In this document: piece after piece, positions 10,270 to 20,294 of the stretch
Layout of the letters: every line of letters begins with the position of its first letter
Numbering within the stretch: the first letter of the stretch is position 1
Assembly (NCBI GenBank): GCA_963696385.1
Contig: CAVOKF010000001.1
Coordinates: 348,024 to 412,023, forward strand
Source: an uncultured delta proteobacterium
GTDB lineage: Bacteria; Myxococcota_A; Polyangia; Polyangiales; Polyangiaceae
Direction: 5' to 3'
Length of the DNA stretch: 64,000 bases
Translations under genes and position numbers: made by a program
The notes under the pieces: generated by a model
Seen by the model: the letters and a program-made list of their open reading frames with translations, nothing else
The model's database searches: none
What the model was told of the DNA's origin: nothing

Positions 10270-10620
10270 GTGGCGGCCTTTGCGGCGAACGTCTGCTTCT
10301 CTTTGGTGAACGGGTTGATCTGCTTCTTGACCGCGTTGTAGCCAGCGTGCAGCGCGCATCTGCACGGTGGCATCGACGGCGCCAAGGTCGGTGACGACGG
10401 CGCGCAGATCGCGGAGGCCCAGCCCTGGCGCGGCGCGTAGCCGCTCGAAGCCGTCGAAGATCTCGACGGCGCCATCCCGCTCGAACGCACACACGGCGGA
10501 GAGCTGGCCGTGCTGCTTGAGCGACGCGCGTCGACAATCGCCTTCTCGTCGACGCGCGCATGAGCGACGAGGGCCCCGTCGAGCGTCGAGAGCGTCTCGG
10601 CGGGATGCTCAACTTCTACC
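10270..10620 (-). pseudogene. Fused fragments: ParB N-terminal domain and an HU-like arm
   Basis: HGQLSAVCAF...VEIFDGFERLRAA (ParB-like) abuts KKQINPFTKEKQTFAAK (HU beta-arm-like). Confidence 0.55.
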
Positions 10621-10696
10621 ACCGACAGGCCGCGTGACAGATGACTTCGTCTCAGCCGAGTTTTGGCACATTACGCGGTAGGGACAGGTCACCTCG

Positions 10697-11374
10697 TCAT
10701 GCCTTCCGTCCGGCTTTCGGCGTCTTGCCCTTCGCTTTCACCTCCGCGTCGTACAGGCGGCGGATGACGTCAACCATCGGCTTGTGGTCGCGCCGCATGG
10801 CGGCCCTACCCGCCCGACCATAGTCTGTCCCGTCGGGCCGCGGGCGCAGCCGAAGGACCGGGGGCATTCCGTAGCGCAGCAGGATGAGGTTCGCCCATAT
10901 CCGGGACGTTCGGCCGTTGCCGTTGGCGAATGGGTGGATGCGAACCCAATCGGAGTGGGCCCACGCTGCGAGTTCGTTCACGGCATTCCGGCCGTCGTCA
11001 TCGAGTGAGTCGCTGTCAGGGTAGCGGTCGTCGAGCAGGGCTATCGCGGCCTGCAGCCGAGATTCGAAGTTTTTGAGCTCGGCCGCGATGTTCCAAGGCA
11101 TGGTGCCCTGGAGGCCCCCAACTTTGACACCGACGGTCGTCAGGCCCGGTTCGCCGCGAAAGTTGCCGACGTAGATCGACTTGCCGGGGTCGAGGCCCTG
11201 CACCATGGTCTTGTGCCACTCGCGTGCGTCTTCGACCGTGGGAATGAGCCGTTTTGTTGCGCTGTCGTGGATGGTCGCGTCGGCCAAGGCCAGATTGGCA
11301 TGCAGCGTTGGGCTGTCGGCGTCCCAATCCGGAAGCGCGGCCTTCTTGCCAGTGGCCGTCTTGCTTGTGGCCAC
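10697..11374 (-). CDS. Fic-domain protein
   Basis: Canonical HPFANGNGRTSR motif. Confidence 0.92.
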   Translation of the reverse strand: MATSKTATGKKAALPDWDADSPTLHANLALADATIHDSATKRLIPTVEDAREWHKTMVQGLDPGKSIYVGNFRGEPGLTTVGVKVGGLQGTMPWNIAAELKNFESRLQAAIALLDDRYPDSDSLDDDGRNAVNELAAWAHSDWVRIHPFANGNGRTSRIWANLILLRYGMPPVLRLRPRPDGTDYGRAGRAAMRRDHKPMVDVIRRLYDAEVKAKGKTPKAGRKA

Positions 11375-11376
11375 CG

Positions 11377-11898
11377 TCAGCTACGCAGAACTTCGCGTAC
11401 CATGGTAACGGCAGGCCCCTCCTGGATCGAGGTGACTGGCTTGTCGACTCGAGGGTGGCGGCTGGCATAGACACCAGCCGGTGGAGTGACGGTCACGAGG
11501 CGACCCTCCATTGGGTCCTCCTTGCCGTAGCGCGCCTCCGCCTCGATGAACGCTTGTCGGGCGGTCGAGAACTCAGGATCAGCAAGCCGGTACGCTTTCA
11601 GCTCGTCGAGCGTGGTGGTAAGTTGAGTCTCTACCTCAGTCGTGCGCCGCGCGATGTACTCGCCCACGGCTTCGTTGACCATCTTGTTGATGGGCTTGTG
11701 GAGGACTCCCTTCAACATGGCGAGACCCTCTTCGAACAGCGGTGCCAGGCGCAACGTTTTCGTGCGCACGGGCGCCTTGACCGGCGTGGCGATCCTCTTG
11801 TCGAGGTGGTCGTGCTTCGTGCTGGCCGTTGCGACGGCTCGCTTCGCCGGGACCTTTGTCCGCATTTTGGCGCGCCCTTGGATGGTAGCTTTGCTCAT
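11377..11898 (-). CDS. Putative Fic antitoxin (RHH-like N-terminus)
   Basis: Ends 2 bp before fic; TKTLRL strand plus helices; C-terminal EDPMEG. Confidence 0.6.
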   Translation of the reverse strand: MSKATIQGRAKMRTKVPAKRAVATASTKHDHLDKRIATPVKAPVRTKTLRLAPLFEEGLAMLKGVLHKPINKMVNEAVGEYIARRTTEVETQLTTTLDELKAYRLADPEFSTARQAFIEAEARYGKEDPMEGRLVTVTPPAGVYASRHPRVDKPVTSIQEGPAVTMVREVLRS

Positions 11899-11924
11899 GA
11901 ATGAAGAGTAGGCGCAAAGCGGTC

Positions 11925-11949
11925 GGTGTCAAATGTCAGTTTTGACACC
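11925..11949. promoter_or_regulatory. Probable operator of the Fic operon
   Basis: GGTGTCAAA-N7-TTTGACACC perfect inverted repeat ~27 bp upstream of the start. Confidence 0.6.
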
Positions 11950-12509
11950 ATGGACACGCTGACCCTCGTTCTCGGTGCGGCCTATACCCGACGTCGAGGT
12001 GCGCGCCGGCTCCTAAAGTGACGGCGAAAGCGCGTCCGAGCAGCCGACCCTCTGCGCTGCCGTCGCCGAGCTCGCGTGCGCGCGGTTGGGATGGCTCCTG
12101 ACGGTCGGCCCCGACCGAGCCCGACGGAATTCTGAAAATCCATTTCGCAAAAATCAGTGACACAAATGACGAAAATCGATCTTCGGGGTGCCACCGCGAT
12201 CCTACTTGGGCGGTAGGAGGCGGAAAAACGACCGCCGCTCGTCCCCGAGTCCGATTGCGCATTCGACCCGAAACGAGGCGAGATCGAGTTCCCGGGCGAG
12301 GTGAAATATGGCGTCCTACAGAACCTACGTCCGGACGGAGCCTACGTCCGCACGTCCAACGTCGTCACGGTCGCTCCTTCGAATCGCCCCATTCGTGCGG
12401 CGTGCGGGGCGGGAGGATGACGCCGAGCACGAGTTCGCCCCGAGCGTTGACCTTCGGCAGGAATCCGCGTGGTCGAACCAATCGGTCCCACCCTGCTCCG
12501 ACCCTCCAG

Positions 12510-12998
12510 CTACGCCTCGACAAGCCGTCGCTGGCGCCGCTTTGGGGCGCTCGCGCTCGGCATCGTGTCCGGTCGTTCGAGTCCAACGCTGACCTCGAGT
12601 CCAAGCGCACGCGCCACCTTCGAAAGCGTCTCGAGACTCGGATTCTCGTCAGGGCTCTCGAGTTTCGCGATCTGTTGCTGGCTGACGCCAGCGAGCTTTC
12701 CGAGCTCAGTCTGTGACAGCCCCGCATCACGTCGCGCCCAACGGATCTGGAGCGCGGCGGCGAGCCCGGGCCGGATGGTTACGTTCGCGACGGACATGCC
12801 CCGAGGCGCGCTCGTGCGCTCAACCGGCCGCGGCGGAACCTTCCCGTCGACGAGATGAGCTTCAAGCCAGCCTTCGAGCGCCTCACGCGCCACCGCGGCG
12901 AGATCTTCGCCGTCCGAGAACGTCTGACACCCGGGACAATCCGGAAACTCGGCCAGCCTGTCCCGGCCGTCCTTCGAGATGTAGGCGACGTAATGCAT
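12510..12998 (-). CDS. hicB: HicB-family antitoxin with C-terminal XRE HTH
   Basis: AEFPDCPGCQTFSDG...REALEGWL; GLSQTELGKLAGVSQQQIAKLE. Confidence 0.9.
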   Translation of the reverse strand: MHYVAYISKDGRDRLAEFPDCPGCQTFSDGEDLAAVAREALEGWLEAHLVDGKVPPRPVERTSAPRGMSVANVTIRPGLAAALQIRWARRDAGLSQTELGKLAGVSQQQIAKLESPDENPSLETLSKVARALGLEVSVGLERPDTMPSASAPKRRQRRLVEA

Positions 12999-13005
12999 GG
13001 GTTCC

Positions 13006-13193
13006 TCAGGTTAGTTTTACGCCCGACTGCCGCTCGATGCTCTTGAGCGTGCCGATGGGATGTCATTTGCGGGGTGCTTCACCGTCACGACCCCAGGCTT
13101 GCTCTCGTGCTTGAAATGCCGGTGTGACCCCTTCGCGCGCGCGAGCGTCCACCCGTCGGCCTCGATGCGACGGATCACCTCGGCCGACCTCAC
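13006..13193 (-). pseudogene. hicA: HicA toxin with a 1-bp deletion near 13057 (absent from the ORF track)
   Basis: VRSAEVIRRIEADGW...KGSHRHFKH...VTVKHPANDIP / IGTLKSIERQSG. Confidence 0.85.
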
Positions 13194-13468
13194 GACCTCA
13201 CATTACTACTTATCGGTTGTAAGTCACGTCTGTCGGGGTCGAAAGAAAAAGGGCCCGAGGCCGAATCGCCTTCTAGCCAGAGGATGCCGCCGCGAGCGTT
13301 TGGCGTGGGCGCGAACGGAAGGGGATGATGTGGCCGAGGGCTCGGTGATCGGTATCCCCTCGGCGGTCGCCGTGCTTGAACGGATGCGAGTTCTCTGGCA
13401 CCGCCGGGTCGGCTTGGCTTGACGCGTCGCTCCCGGCGCGCGATCCGCACATTGGAGTAGTTGCGTAT

Positions 13469-14920
13469 CATACGTTGGTACTTAGGGATTCGGGATCCGG
13501 CGCGCTACGGTGCAAGTGCGAGCGGCTCGAGGCCCATAGCGAGACGTCCGCGCATGCGATCGCGCGCGGGATGGGCGCGGCGAGCGTTGGAATCGAGGAA
13601 CTTGAGCGCTTCGGCGAGGGCACGACGCAATTGGCGCGGTGAGTCGAGGAGGCCGCGGAGGACATCGTCGAAGTAATGCTTGCCGGACGCGGCGGCTCGC
13701 TGGGTCGAAAGCTCCACCCCCAGCGACGCTTCCGCGAAGTGTGCGAGTGAACGCTTCAGAAGGGCTGCGAGCAGGCTCGCCCATATCATCGCTTTCGCGA
13801 TAGCGGCCTTGCCCGTATCGAAGACATGAAGGTTGGCGTGGGATTTGAACTCTTTGAACAGGAGTTCCACCTGCCAGCGGAGGCGATACAAGCCGGCCAC
13901 GTCGGCGGCGGAGAAGCCGTTGCGAGCGAGGTTGGTGTGCAGGTACACGAACGTCTTGGCGTTGCGCTGGCCGCGCTTGTAGATCGCTACAATTCGCCCG
14001 CGATACACGAATGACTTTGCCTGCCATTCGATGTCGAGATCGACCGTGTGGGCCGGAAGCCGGTCCCAGTTCAACGTTTGGCAGAGCAACCTGGGGATGG
14101 GTTTGCCGGCGCTGTCGAAAGCCGCCCGAATGGTGGGTCGAATCTTTTTGGTGCCGCGGACGATAAAGGCGCCGCCCGCTTGATCGACGTCGAAAAAGAA
14201 TTTTTGCTCCTTGTACCCTCGGTCGGCCAGAAAGAGTCGCTCGCGGAGACTCGTGGCCTCGGGACGGTAGGTTCGTTCCGGCTCCTTGTCGGCCGTCAGA
14301 GCGACGATGGGCACATCGTCGTTGAGCACGCTCATGGTGACGTGTAGTTCCACGGCGGCCGGCGAGATTTTCGTAAAGCGGCCCGGCCATGTGCGCCTCA
14401 AGTCGTCCTTGAGCGCGAACGACGTCCCGTCGTGAATGACAATGTCCCGAAAGGTCGACAGTTTGGGGGACACGGCGTGAAGAACCGGCTGGCTCATCTT
14501 CTGTACCGTCGCTTCCAGCAGCATCCGAAACATCTCTGGAAAGGACGTCTTCGCGAGCCGGTTGTGAAAGGGCTTATATCGCAGCGAAATGCCCGCGAAT
14601 CTCCGGAACGTCCGCAGAATATCGGCCAACCACTTGGCCTGGCCCGACCCGAGCGCGGACAGCACCGCCACGACCATCGCCAGCGGCATCACCTTGCGCA
14701 CGCGCCGTAGCCAGCCGCTACGTCTCGCGATCGCGGTCACCTGCTCCTCGCCGAGTACGTCGGTAAGCCGTTTCGCATACACGCCGACTTCGGCGCGTGT
14801 ACCGTTCGATCCGTGCATCGGGGTCTCCTTTCGCGTGTCCCACAACACCGCGTCTAGAGAATCCCCGATGCCTTTGACCTACCCAATTCGTGCACTATGC
14901 ACGTAAGTGATCTACCTATG
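13469..14920 (-). mobile_element. Complete IS4-family insertion sequence (1452 bp)
   Basis: 10-bp direct repeat AGTTGCGTAT at 13459-13468 and 14921-14930; imperfect ends CATACGTTGGTACTTA and CATAGGTAGATCACTTA. Confidence 0.92.
13505..14818 (-). CDS. IS4-family DDE transposase
   Basis: IHDGT, LADRGY, YRLRWQVELLFKEFKS (YREK signature); start uncertain (14818 or 14848). Confidence 0.93.
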   Translation of the reverse strand: MHGSNGTRAEVGVYAKRLTDVLGEEQVTAIARRSGWLRRVRKVMPLAMVVAVLSALGSGQAKWLADILRTFRRFAGISLRYKPFHNRLAKTSFPEMFRMLLEATVQKMSQPVLHAVSPKLSTFRDIVIHDGTSFALKDDLRRTWPGRFTKISPAAVELHVTMSVLNDDVPIVALTADKEPERTYRPEATSLRERLFLADRGYKEQKFFFDVDQAGGAFIVRGTKKIRPTIRAAFDSAGKPIPRLLCQTLNWDRLPAHTVDLDIEWQAKSFVYRGRIVAIYKRGQRNAKTFVYLHTNLARNGFSAADVAGLYRLRWQVELLFKEFKSHANLHVFDTGKAAIAKAMIWASLLAALLKRSLAHFAEASLGVELSTQRAAASGKHYFDDVLRGLLDSPRQLRRALAEALKFLDSNARRAHPARDRMRGRLAMGLEPLALAP

Positions 14921-14981
14921 AGTTGCGTATAGGTCGACTAATGTTGCGATTGTAGCGTTCTATGGCTACCCTGAAGTTGCC

Positions 14982-15479
14982 ATGGACACCACCGCCGCGC
15001 CGCTCGAAGACCTGATCCGTCGGATGACTCCCGTCGCCGCGCCGCCCGATCAGCGCGCCGAGGTCGAGGCGCTGTTCCGCGGGCTCGACACGATGGCGCA
15101 CCCGCCGAAGAAGCGCGCGCCCAAGTGCAAGCTCGTCGGGCCGAAGGGCGAGACGCTCGCGATCCCCGAATCTGTCTTCTACGTGCTCGAGCGCGTAGCT
15201 GAGGTCATGGCCCGCGGCGACTCGATCACGGTCGTGCCGGTCGGGCAGCAGCTGACCACGCAGCAGGCCGCCGATCTTCTGAACGTGTCGCGGCAGTACC
15301 TCGTGCGGCTCCTCGACGAGAAGCGGATCCCGTTCACGAAGACGGGCAAGCATCGGCGCCTCCGGATCGAGGACGTTCTTTCGTTCAAGGAGAACCACGA
15401 TCGGAACCGGCGCGCCGGGATGCGAGAGCTCTCGCAGCTCACGCAAGAGTTTGGTGGCTACGACGCCGAGGTGAAGTAG
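14982..15479 (+). CDS. Excisionase-like (HTH_17) DNA-binding protein, putative antitoxin
   Basis: LTTQQAADLLNVSRQYLVRLLD...KTGKHRR; precedes a PIN gene. Confidence 0.88.
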   Translation: MDTTAAPLEDLIRRMTPVAAPPDQRAEVEALFRGLDTMAHPPKKRAPKCKLVGPKGETLAIPESVFYVLERVAEVMARGDSITVVPVGQQLTTQQAADLLNVSRQYLVRLLDEKRIPFTKTGKHRRLRIEDVLSFKENHDRNRRAGMRELSQLTQEFGGYDAEVK

Positions 15480-15497
15480 AGACTTCATCTCGGCTCG

Positions 15498-15823
15498 ATG
15501 GTCCCTGCGCCCTTCGTCGTCGTCCTCGACGCGAACGTCGTCTTCCCGTTCACGCTGCGAGACACGCTCCTCCGTGCCGCGGCGGCCGGCTTCTACCAGA
15601 TGCGGTGGACGTCGCGGATCCTCGACGAGATGACGCGGAACCTGGTGAGCACCGGGACAATGCCCCAGGAGCGCGCAAACCGGCTCCGCGCAATCATTGA
15701 GCGCGAGTTCCCGGAGGCCGAGGTGACGGGGTACGAGCACCTGATCGACGCGATGCCGAACAATCCGAAGGATCGGCACGTCGCCGCCGCCGCCGTGAAG
15801 GCGGGCGCGCAGGTGATCACCAC
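15498..15823 (+). pseudogene. PIN-domain protein truncated by a relaxase fragment
   Basis: VVLDANV...PKDRHVAAAA...QVIT, then abrupt switch to other sequence. Confidence 0.82.
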
Positions 15824-16230
15824 GAGCGCGCCGGTGTTGAGAAGGACGGCTCCAAGGGCGTGGCGTACGCGGCCGACGGGCCGGCTCGCGTCGAGACCTT
15901 TGAGCAGCCGCGTGCCGGGGAGCGCCACCAATTTCGGTTCATCCTGTCCCCGGAAGACGCCGCGGAGCTCGATCTCACTGCGTACGTCCGGCGCTTCATG
16001 GCTCGGATCGAGCGCGATCTCGATCGCAAGCTCGAATGGTTGGCCGTCAATCACTTCGACACCGACCACCCCCACGCGCACCTCGTGATCCGCGGCGTCG
16101 ACCGAAGCGGTCGCGAGCTCCGGCTCGACCGCGGGTACATCTCGAACGGCTTACGCCGGACCGCGCAGGAGATCGCGACCGAGGAGCTCGGGCCACGGCA
16201 TGACCTCGATATCCAGCGGGCGTATGCCCG
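15824..16230 (+). pseudogene. Internal fragment of a VirD2/MOBP-like relaxase
   Basis: ERAGVEKDG, FRFILSPED, NHFDTDHPHAHLVIRG (3H motif). Confidence 0.85.
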
Positions 16231-16289
16231 GCCCCAACGGAAGAATTCAAAGCACCGGCGCCGTCCACTGCGGAGTGCTTGACGCTCAT

Positions 16290-16305
16290 GTCTGCTATGA
16301 TAGAC
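16290..16305. promoter_or_regulatory. GTCY-N8-RGAC box upstream of the beta-carbonic anhydrase
   Basis: GTCTGCTATGATAGAC. Confidence 0.65.
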
Positions 16306-16445
16306 AAGCGATGCTCGCTGTCGGTGCCCGTCTCGGACGCGCGCCGACGCGATCCGGTCGTGCGCTGCATTGCACTGCATTTGTCCCAATACCCTAAACG
16401 CGGGTCGGGGGCGTCTCCCTGGACCCAACGAACAGGAGGACGATC

Positions 16446-17027
16446 ATGAGCGATATCCGAGACCAGGTCCTGCACGCGAACGGTTCGTACGTCTCCATCT
16501 TCGGCGAAAAGGGCAAGCTGGCGCTGCCGCCCGCCCGGCGATTCGGCATCCTCACGTGCATGGACGGTCGAATCGATCCGGCAAAGCTCGCGGGCCTGAA
16601 GGAGGGCGACGCGCATGTCGTTCGAAACGCCGGCGGTCGCGCGAGCGACGACGCCATCCGATCCATCGTCATCTCCTACAAGCTATTGGGTACGCGCGAG
16701 TGGTTCGTCATTCACCACACCAATTGCGGTATGGAGCTCTTCACCGACGAGATCATTCGCGACCTTCTCGCAGCAAGCTTGAAGACCGCGGCCTACGACG
16801 GAAAGAAGTGGAAGGACAGCGGCGAGGGCGCGGGCTCGCGCCAAGGCGACTTCATCGACTGGCTCACGATCAAGAACCAGGCCGAGAGCGTCACGACCGA
16901 TGTCGAGCGGATCCGCAAGCATCCTCTCGTTCCACGCGAAATCCCCCTTTACGGCTTCGTGTATCAGGTCGAAAGCGGTCGCCTCGTCGAGGTGCCCGAA
17001 GCCACCGCGATCGGGCGTCCTTCCTGA
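16446..17027 (+). CDS. Beta-class carbonic anhydrase (clade D / COS-hydrolase-like)
   Basis: TCMDGR, RNAGGR, HHTNCGM; AGGAGG RBS. Confidence 0.92.
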   Translation: MSDIRDQVLHANGSYVSIFGEKGKLALPPARRFGILTCMDGRIDPAKLAGLKEGDAHVVRNAGGRASDDAIRSIVISYKLLGTREWFVIHHTNCGMELFTDEIIRDLLAASLKTAAYDGKKWKDSGEGAGSRQGDFIDWLTIKNQAESVTTDVERIRKHPLVPREIPLYGFVYQVESGRLVEVPEATAIGRPS

Positions 17028-17285
17028 CTCGCGGGCAACGCCGTGCTTCGGCCTGCCGGGTGCGGAGGGTTGCCGAACCCTGGGTTCGGTTGGGCTGCCG
17101 ACCTCCGCCCGACGCGGGCCGCGCTCCACCTCAGAATGTTTTCTGAACGTTGCCCTTGCAGCGGGAGTCTTCCGTCCGCAGCTTGCGGGTAGGCGCCGCA
17201 TGTGGACGGCGCGACTCGAGCCTCGGATGAATTCGCCCAGGAAGCGAAACGGCTTGGACCGCAACGATGAAACCATGAGGGGCTG

Positions 17286-17951
17286 TTGGTGTCGGAGCGC
17301 GTTCACGTTGGACCGGAGGCGATCGGCACCCCTCTGCGGGGCCCCGCGGCCATCACGTCATTCCTAAGTGCCAAAGCGAAGATGCGACCGTCTGCCACCG
17401 GACTCTCGAGCGCAAGCTCGCCGTCGTTGCTTGCAACGCCTCCGCTGCATGACCCTCCGAGGACCGGCGAAGAAGCCCCGAAGATTTTGGAAAATGACGT
17501 CGACCACGTGCTTGCCTCGTGGCGTCACATCGCCATAGCTTTTTGGCGCCGCGAGACGAGACCGGACGCGATCGAGCGACTGGGCCTGGCCCTGCGTGCC
17601 CTGCAAGACGCCACGGGTCACGCGCCGGGGCTCTTCATGGTGATCGGTGAAAGCGCTCCTCTGCCGTCCGCCGAGGCGCGCGCGCTGAGCGCAACGGTAC
17701 TCCGCAGGTTGCCGCTCGCGTTTTCCGTCGTGACCTTCGAGGGCGCCGGCTTCCGAGCCGCGGCGGTCCGCGCGGTCGTTGCGGGTATTTCGCTGCTTGC
17801 GAAGGTTCCGTATCCATACAAATCATTCGCCAGCATCGAAGATGCGTCGACGTGGGTCGCGATGCGCACACGGGCGGACGGCGAAGCCTCGGTGCCGGCG
17901 AAGGCTCTCATGGTCGCTGTACACGGCGCCCAGGGGGCCCGCGCAGGCTAA
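17286..17951 (+). CDS. Hypothetical protein (STAS/SEC14-like, myxobacterial type); start uncertain
   Basis: LPSAEARA...EGAGFRAAAVRAVVAG...F..IEDA..W. Confidence 0.6.
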   Translation: MVSERVHVGPEAIGTPLRGPAAITSFLSAKAKMRPSATGLSSASSPSLLATPPLHDPPRTGEEAPKILENDVDHVLASWRHIAIAFWRRETRPDAIERLGLALRALQDATGHAPGLFMVIGESAPLPSAEARALSATVLRRLPLAFSVVTFEGAGFRAAAVRAVVAGISLLAKVPYPYKSFASIEDASTWVAMRTRADGEASVPAKALMVAVHGAQGARAG

Positions 17952-18107
17952 CCGAAGCGGCCGAACCGTTGGGCCGGCGCCCTGCCGGGTCTCGCGCCGT
18001 GCCCAGTGCGAGCCCTCGCCTTGTATCTGACCTCGGCGCAGGGGTGAGTTCGACGCCTTTGCCGACGAGTCGATGCTTTGCGCGGACGACGTGCGCATCG
18101 AATGCCC

Positions 18108-18425
18108 GTCCCGATGGTCGATCCCCGTAGCATGCCCACACAAGCCGGTAGAACCTCGCCCCACACTTTGCGTTTCTTCTCGCTTCCCTCGCGCGACCCC
18201 GGCGTCGACCGGGCCCGGTACGCCGTCGACCTTGCGCTCCATTGCCTAGGCGGCATCGAGCCGGCAACGGAGATTCGTGACCTGGTCGCCCAGGCCGAAC
18301 TGCTGAGAGACGAAATCAGCAGTTGGACCGCACACCCACCGTCTTCTGAAACGCGGGAGGCCGTTATGTGCGGCGCTCTGTCGATTCAAGTCGCCGCGCT
18401 GAGCCTTCTCGGCAAAGGCCGCTGA
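18108..18425 (+). CDS. Small hypothetical protein; start uncertain
   Basis: Helical, protein-like 3' half (LRDEISSWTAHPPS..REAVM). Confidence 0.4.
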   Translation, partial: VPMVDPRSMPTQAGRTSPHTLRFFSLPSRDPGVDRARYAVDLALHCLGGIEPATEIRDLVAQAELLRDEISSWTAHPPSSETREAVMCGALSIQVAALSLLGKGR

Positions 18426-18571
18426 GCGCCGCTCGACGCCAACCAGGCCCGCAGCCGTACCGTGTCGCCGGGACACGTCGTTCGCGGCAAGAGATGGGGC
18501 AAGGCCGACGCCGACGGAACCGGGATCGGCCCGGGACGCCGGAGATCGACCTTGTCCGAGCGTCTGCGCGT

Positions 18572-20195
18572 TTACTGCGTTACGGCGGTGACGGGCGAAC
18601 GGCCGATCTCGTGGCCGAATCGGTCTTTCGCGACGACGCGAACGAATTTCGGATCGCCCTCGAGCGGGATGGCGGTGTCAAGACCGTCCCACGTCGAGGA
18701 TGCCAGCAGGCGAGGGTCGCCGGAGGCGCCGTCGCCGCTGCCGATGACGTCCCAGCGCGCGACTTCGGTCGCGCCGTTCCAGATCGCGTGCACGGTGGTC
18801 GTGCCGCCGGCCGCCTGGGCCGTGGCCGTCGGCAACGTGTCCGGCTTTCCGACCCACTCGAATCGATACGCGCGGTAGGAGTCGAAGCCCGCCGCGAGAC
18901 TCGCGTCGAAGAGGAGATTGCCTTCGAAGTCGAACTCGGAGAACCGCGGGACGGCGCCCCAGCCGACAAACGTGTCGCCGTTGTCCAGAGCCTGACTGCC
19001 GCCCTGAGAGGCGGCTGACAGATGGTCGGAATGGACGAACGATCGCACGAGTGTCGCCGTCTTGGTCGCGTCGTCTCGCCGCACCCAGATGACGCGCGAG
19101 TAGGGCAGAACGGGCGTACCGTTCGATTCGTTGTCGAAGATTCGAATCGTGTCCCGATCGACAGCAGTCGGGTTGTGCTGCCAGGCGAAGGCCACGTTCG
19201 GTCCGAGCGTGAAGTCGCTCGCTTTGCCGCCGAGACGCCAGATGACATCGCCCGTGTGTCGATTGAGCTTGTAAACCGTCCACGTGTGCCGCGACGAAAT
19301 CAGCAAGTTGCCGTCCTCGTCGGGGCTTACGGCGTTGATATGAAAGTAGTCGTACGGGGTCGTGGCCAAGGCAGGGACCGGTTCGTAGCTGTCGACCAGC
19401 GGCACGTGGTCGAGGCTGTGCCACTCGAACAGGACCTGTCCGCTCGCAATGTCGATTTCCTGGACGATCCCGTCGATGACCAGTCCGCTGGTCGAACCCC
19501 CGACCGACGACAGGTCACGGGTCACGGCGTCGTATACGGTGATGAGCGCCGTCCCCTCCGGCGTCAGTCTGAACTCGTGCTGGTCGGCGTCGAGCCCATG
19601 GCCAGCCGTGACCGTCGCGATGACGTTGTAGCGGTTATTGAGGATGTAATCGGTGGTCAGGCCCTGAGCGAGACCGCCGAACCCTTTGCCCTGCGACCAG
19701 GTGAGAACCGGCTCGCCCCGGTAGCTTTGAACCCGAAAGTCCGCGGCGGCCTGCCCGTTCGTGATGGGCAAAAACCATACAGGGCGGCCCTGGTCGTCGA
19801 GGATCTCAGGCCCCTCTTGACCGGCCGGTGCGGCCGGACTTCAGCGGCGCCTTTAAAGTGATCCACTTCCGGGCGTTCTCGTGATCCACGTCATGGTCCC
19901 AGCGCAACGCCGGCGGCGGCGGGCGGGCCCGCGTCCGCGCCGCCGCTCGGTATCGCCAGCGAGGCGGTACTGATCGGCGCAATGAAGATCAGCCCATGAG
20001 CCGCTCGGGGGCTGGACTGAAGGACCGTGATCGGCGGGGGATTGATCGGGACTGGAGCCGCGGTCGGGACCGGAGCCGCGGTGGACGACGCAGCGCTCGA
20101 AGAATCCGCGCGGGCCAACACGCTGAGCAGGCCGAGCGCAACAAGCCCTGCACCGCCAACGTGGGCATTCGAAACGACCTATGGAAAGACGTCAT
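18572..20195 (-). pseudogene. Arylsulfotransferase (ASST) family protein with disrupted 5' region
   Basis: DQHEF, DYFHINAV, AWQHNP, SQGGSQ motifs; signal region frameshifted; ~55-bp insert with stops at 19841-19893. Confidence 0.85.
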
Positions 20196-20294
20196 GACTG
20201 GGAACCTCCTCGTGGGAACGTTTCCCGAACCGCGACGCCGCAGCGTTCTTTTTGCGACGCCGTAGCTAGGAACAGTGGGGGCGGCGCCGGCGGG

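Noticed and set aside
12125..12185. AT-rich patch as a possible oriT or res site
   Set aside because: No clear inverted repeat or nick-site consensus
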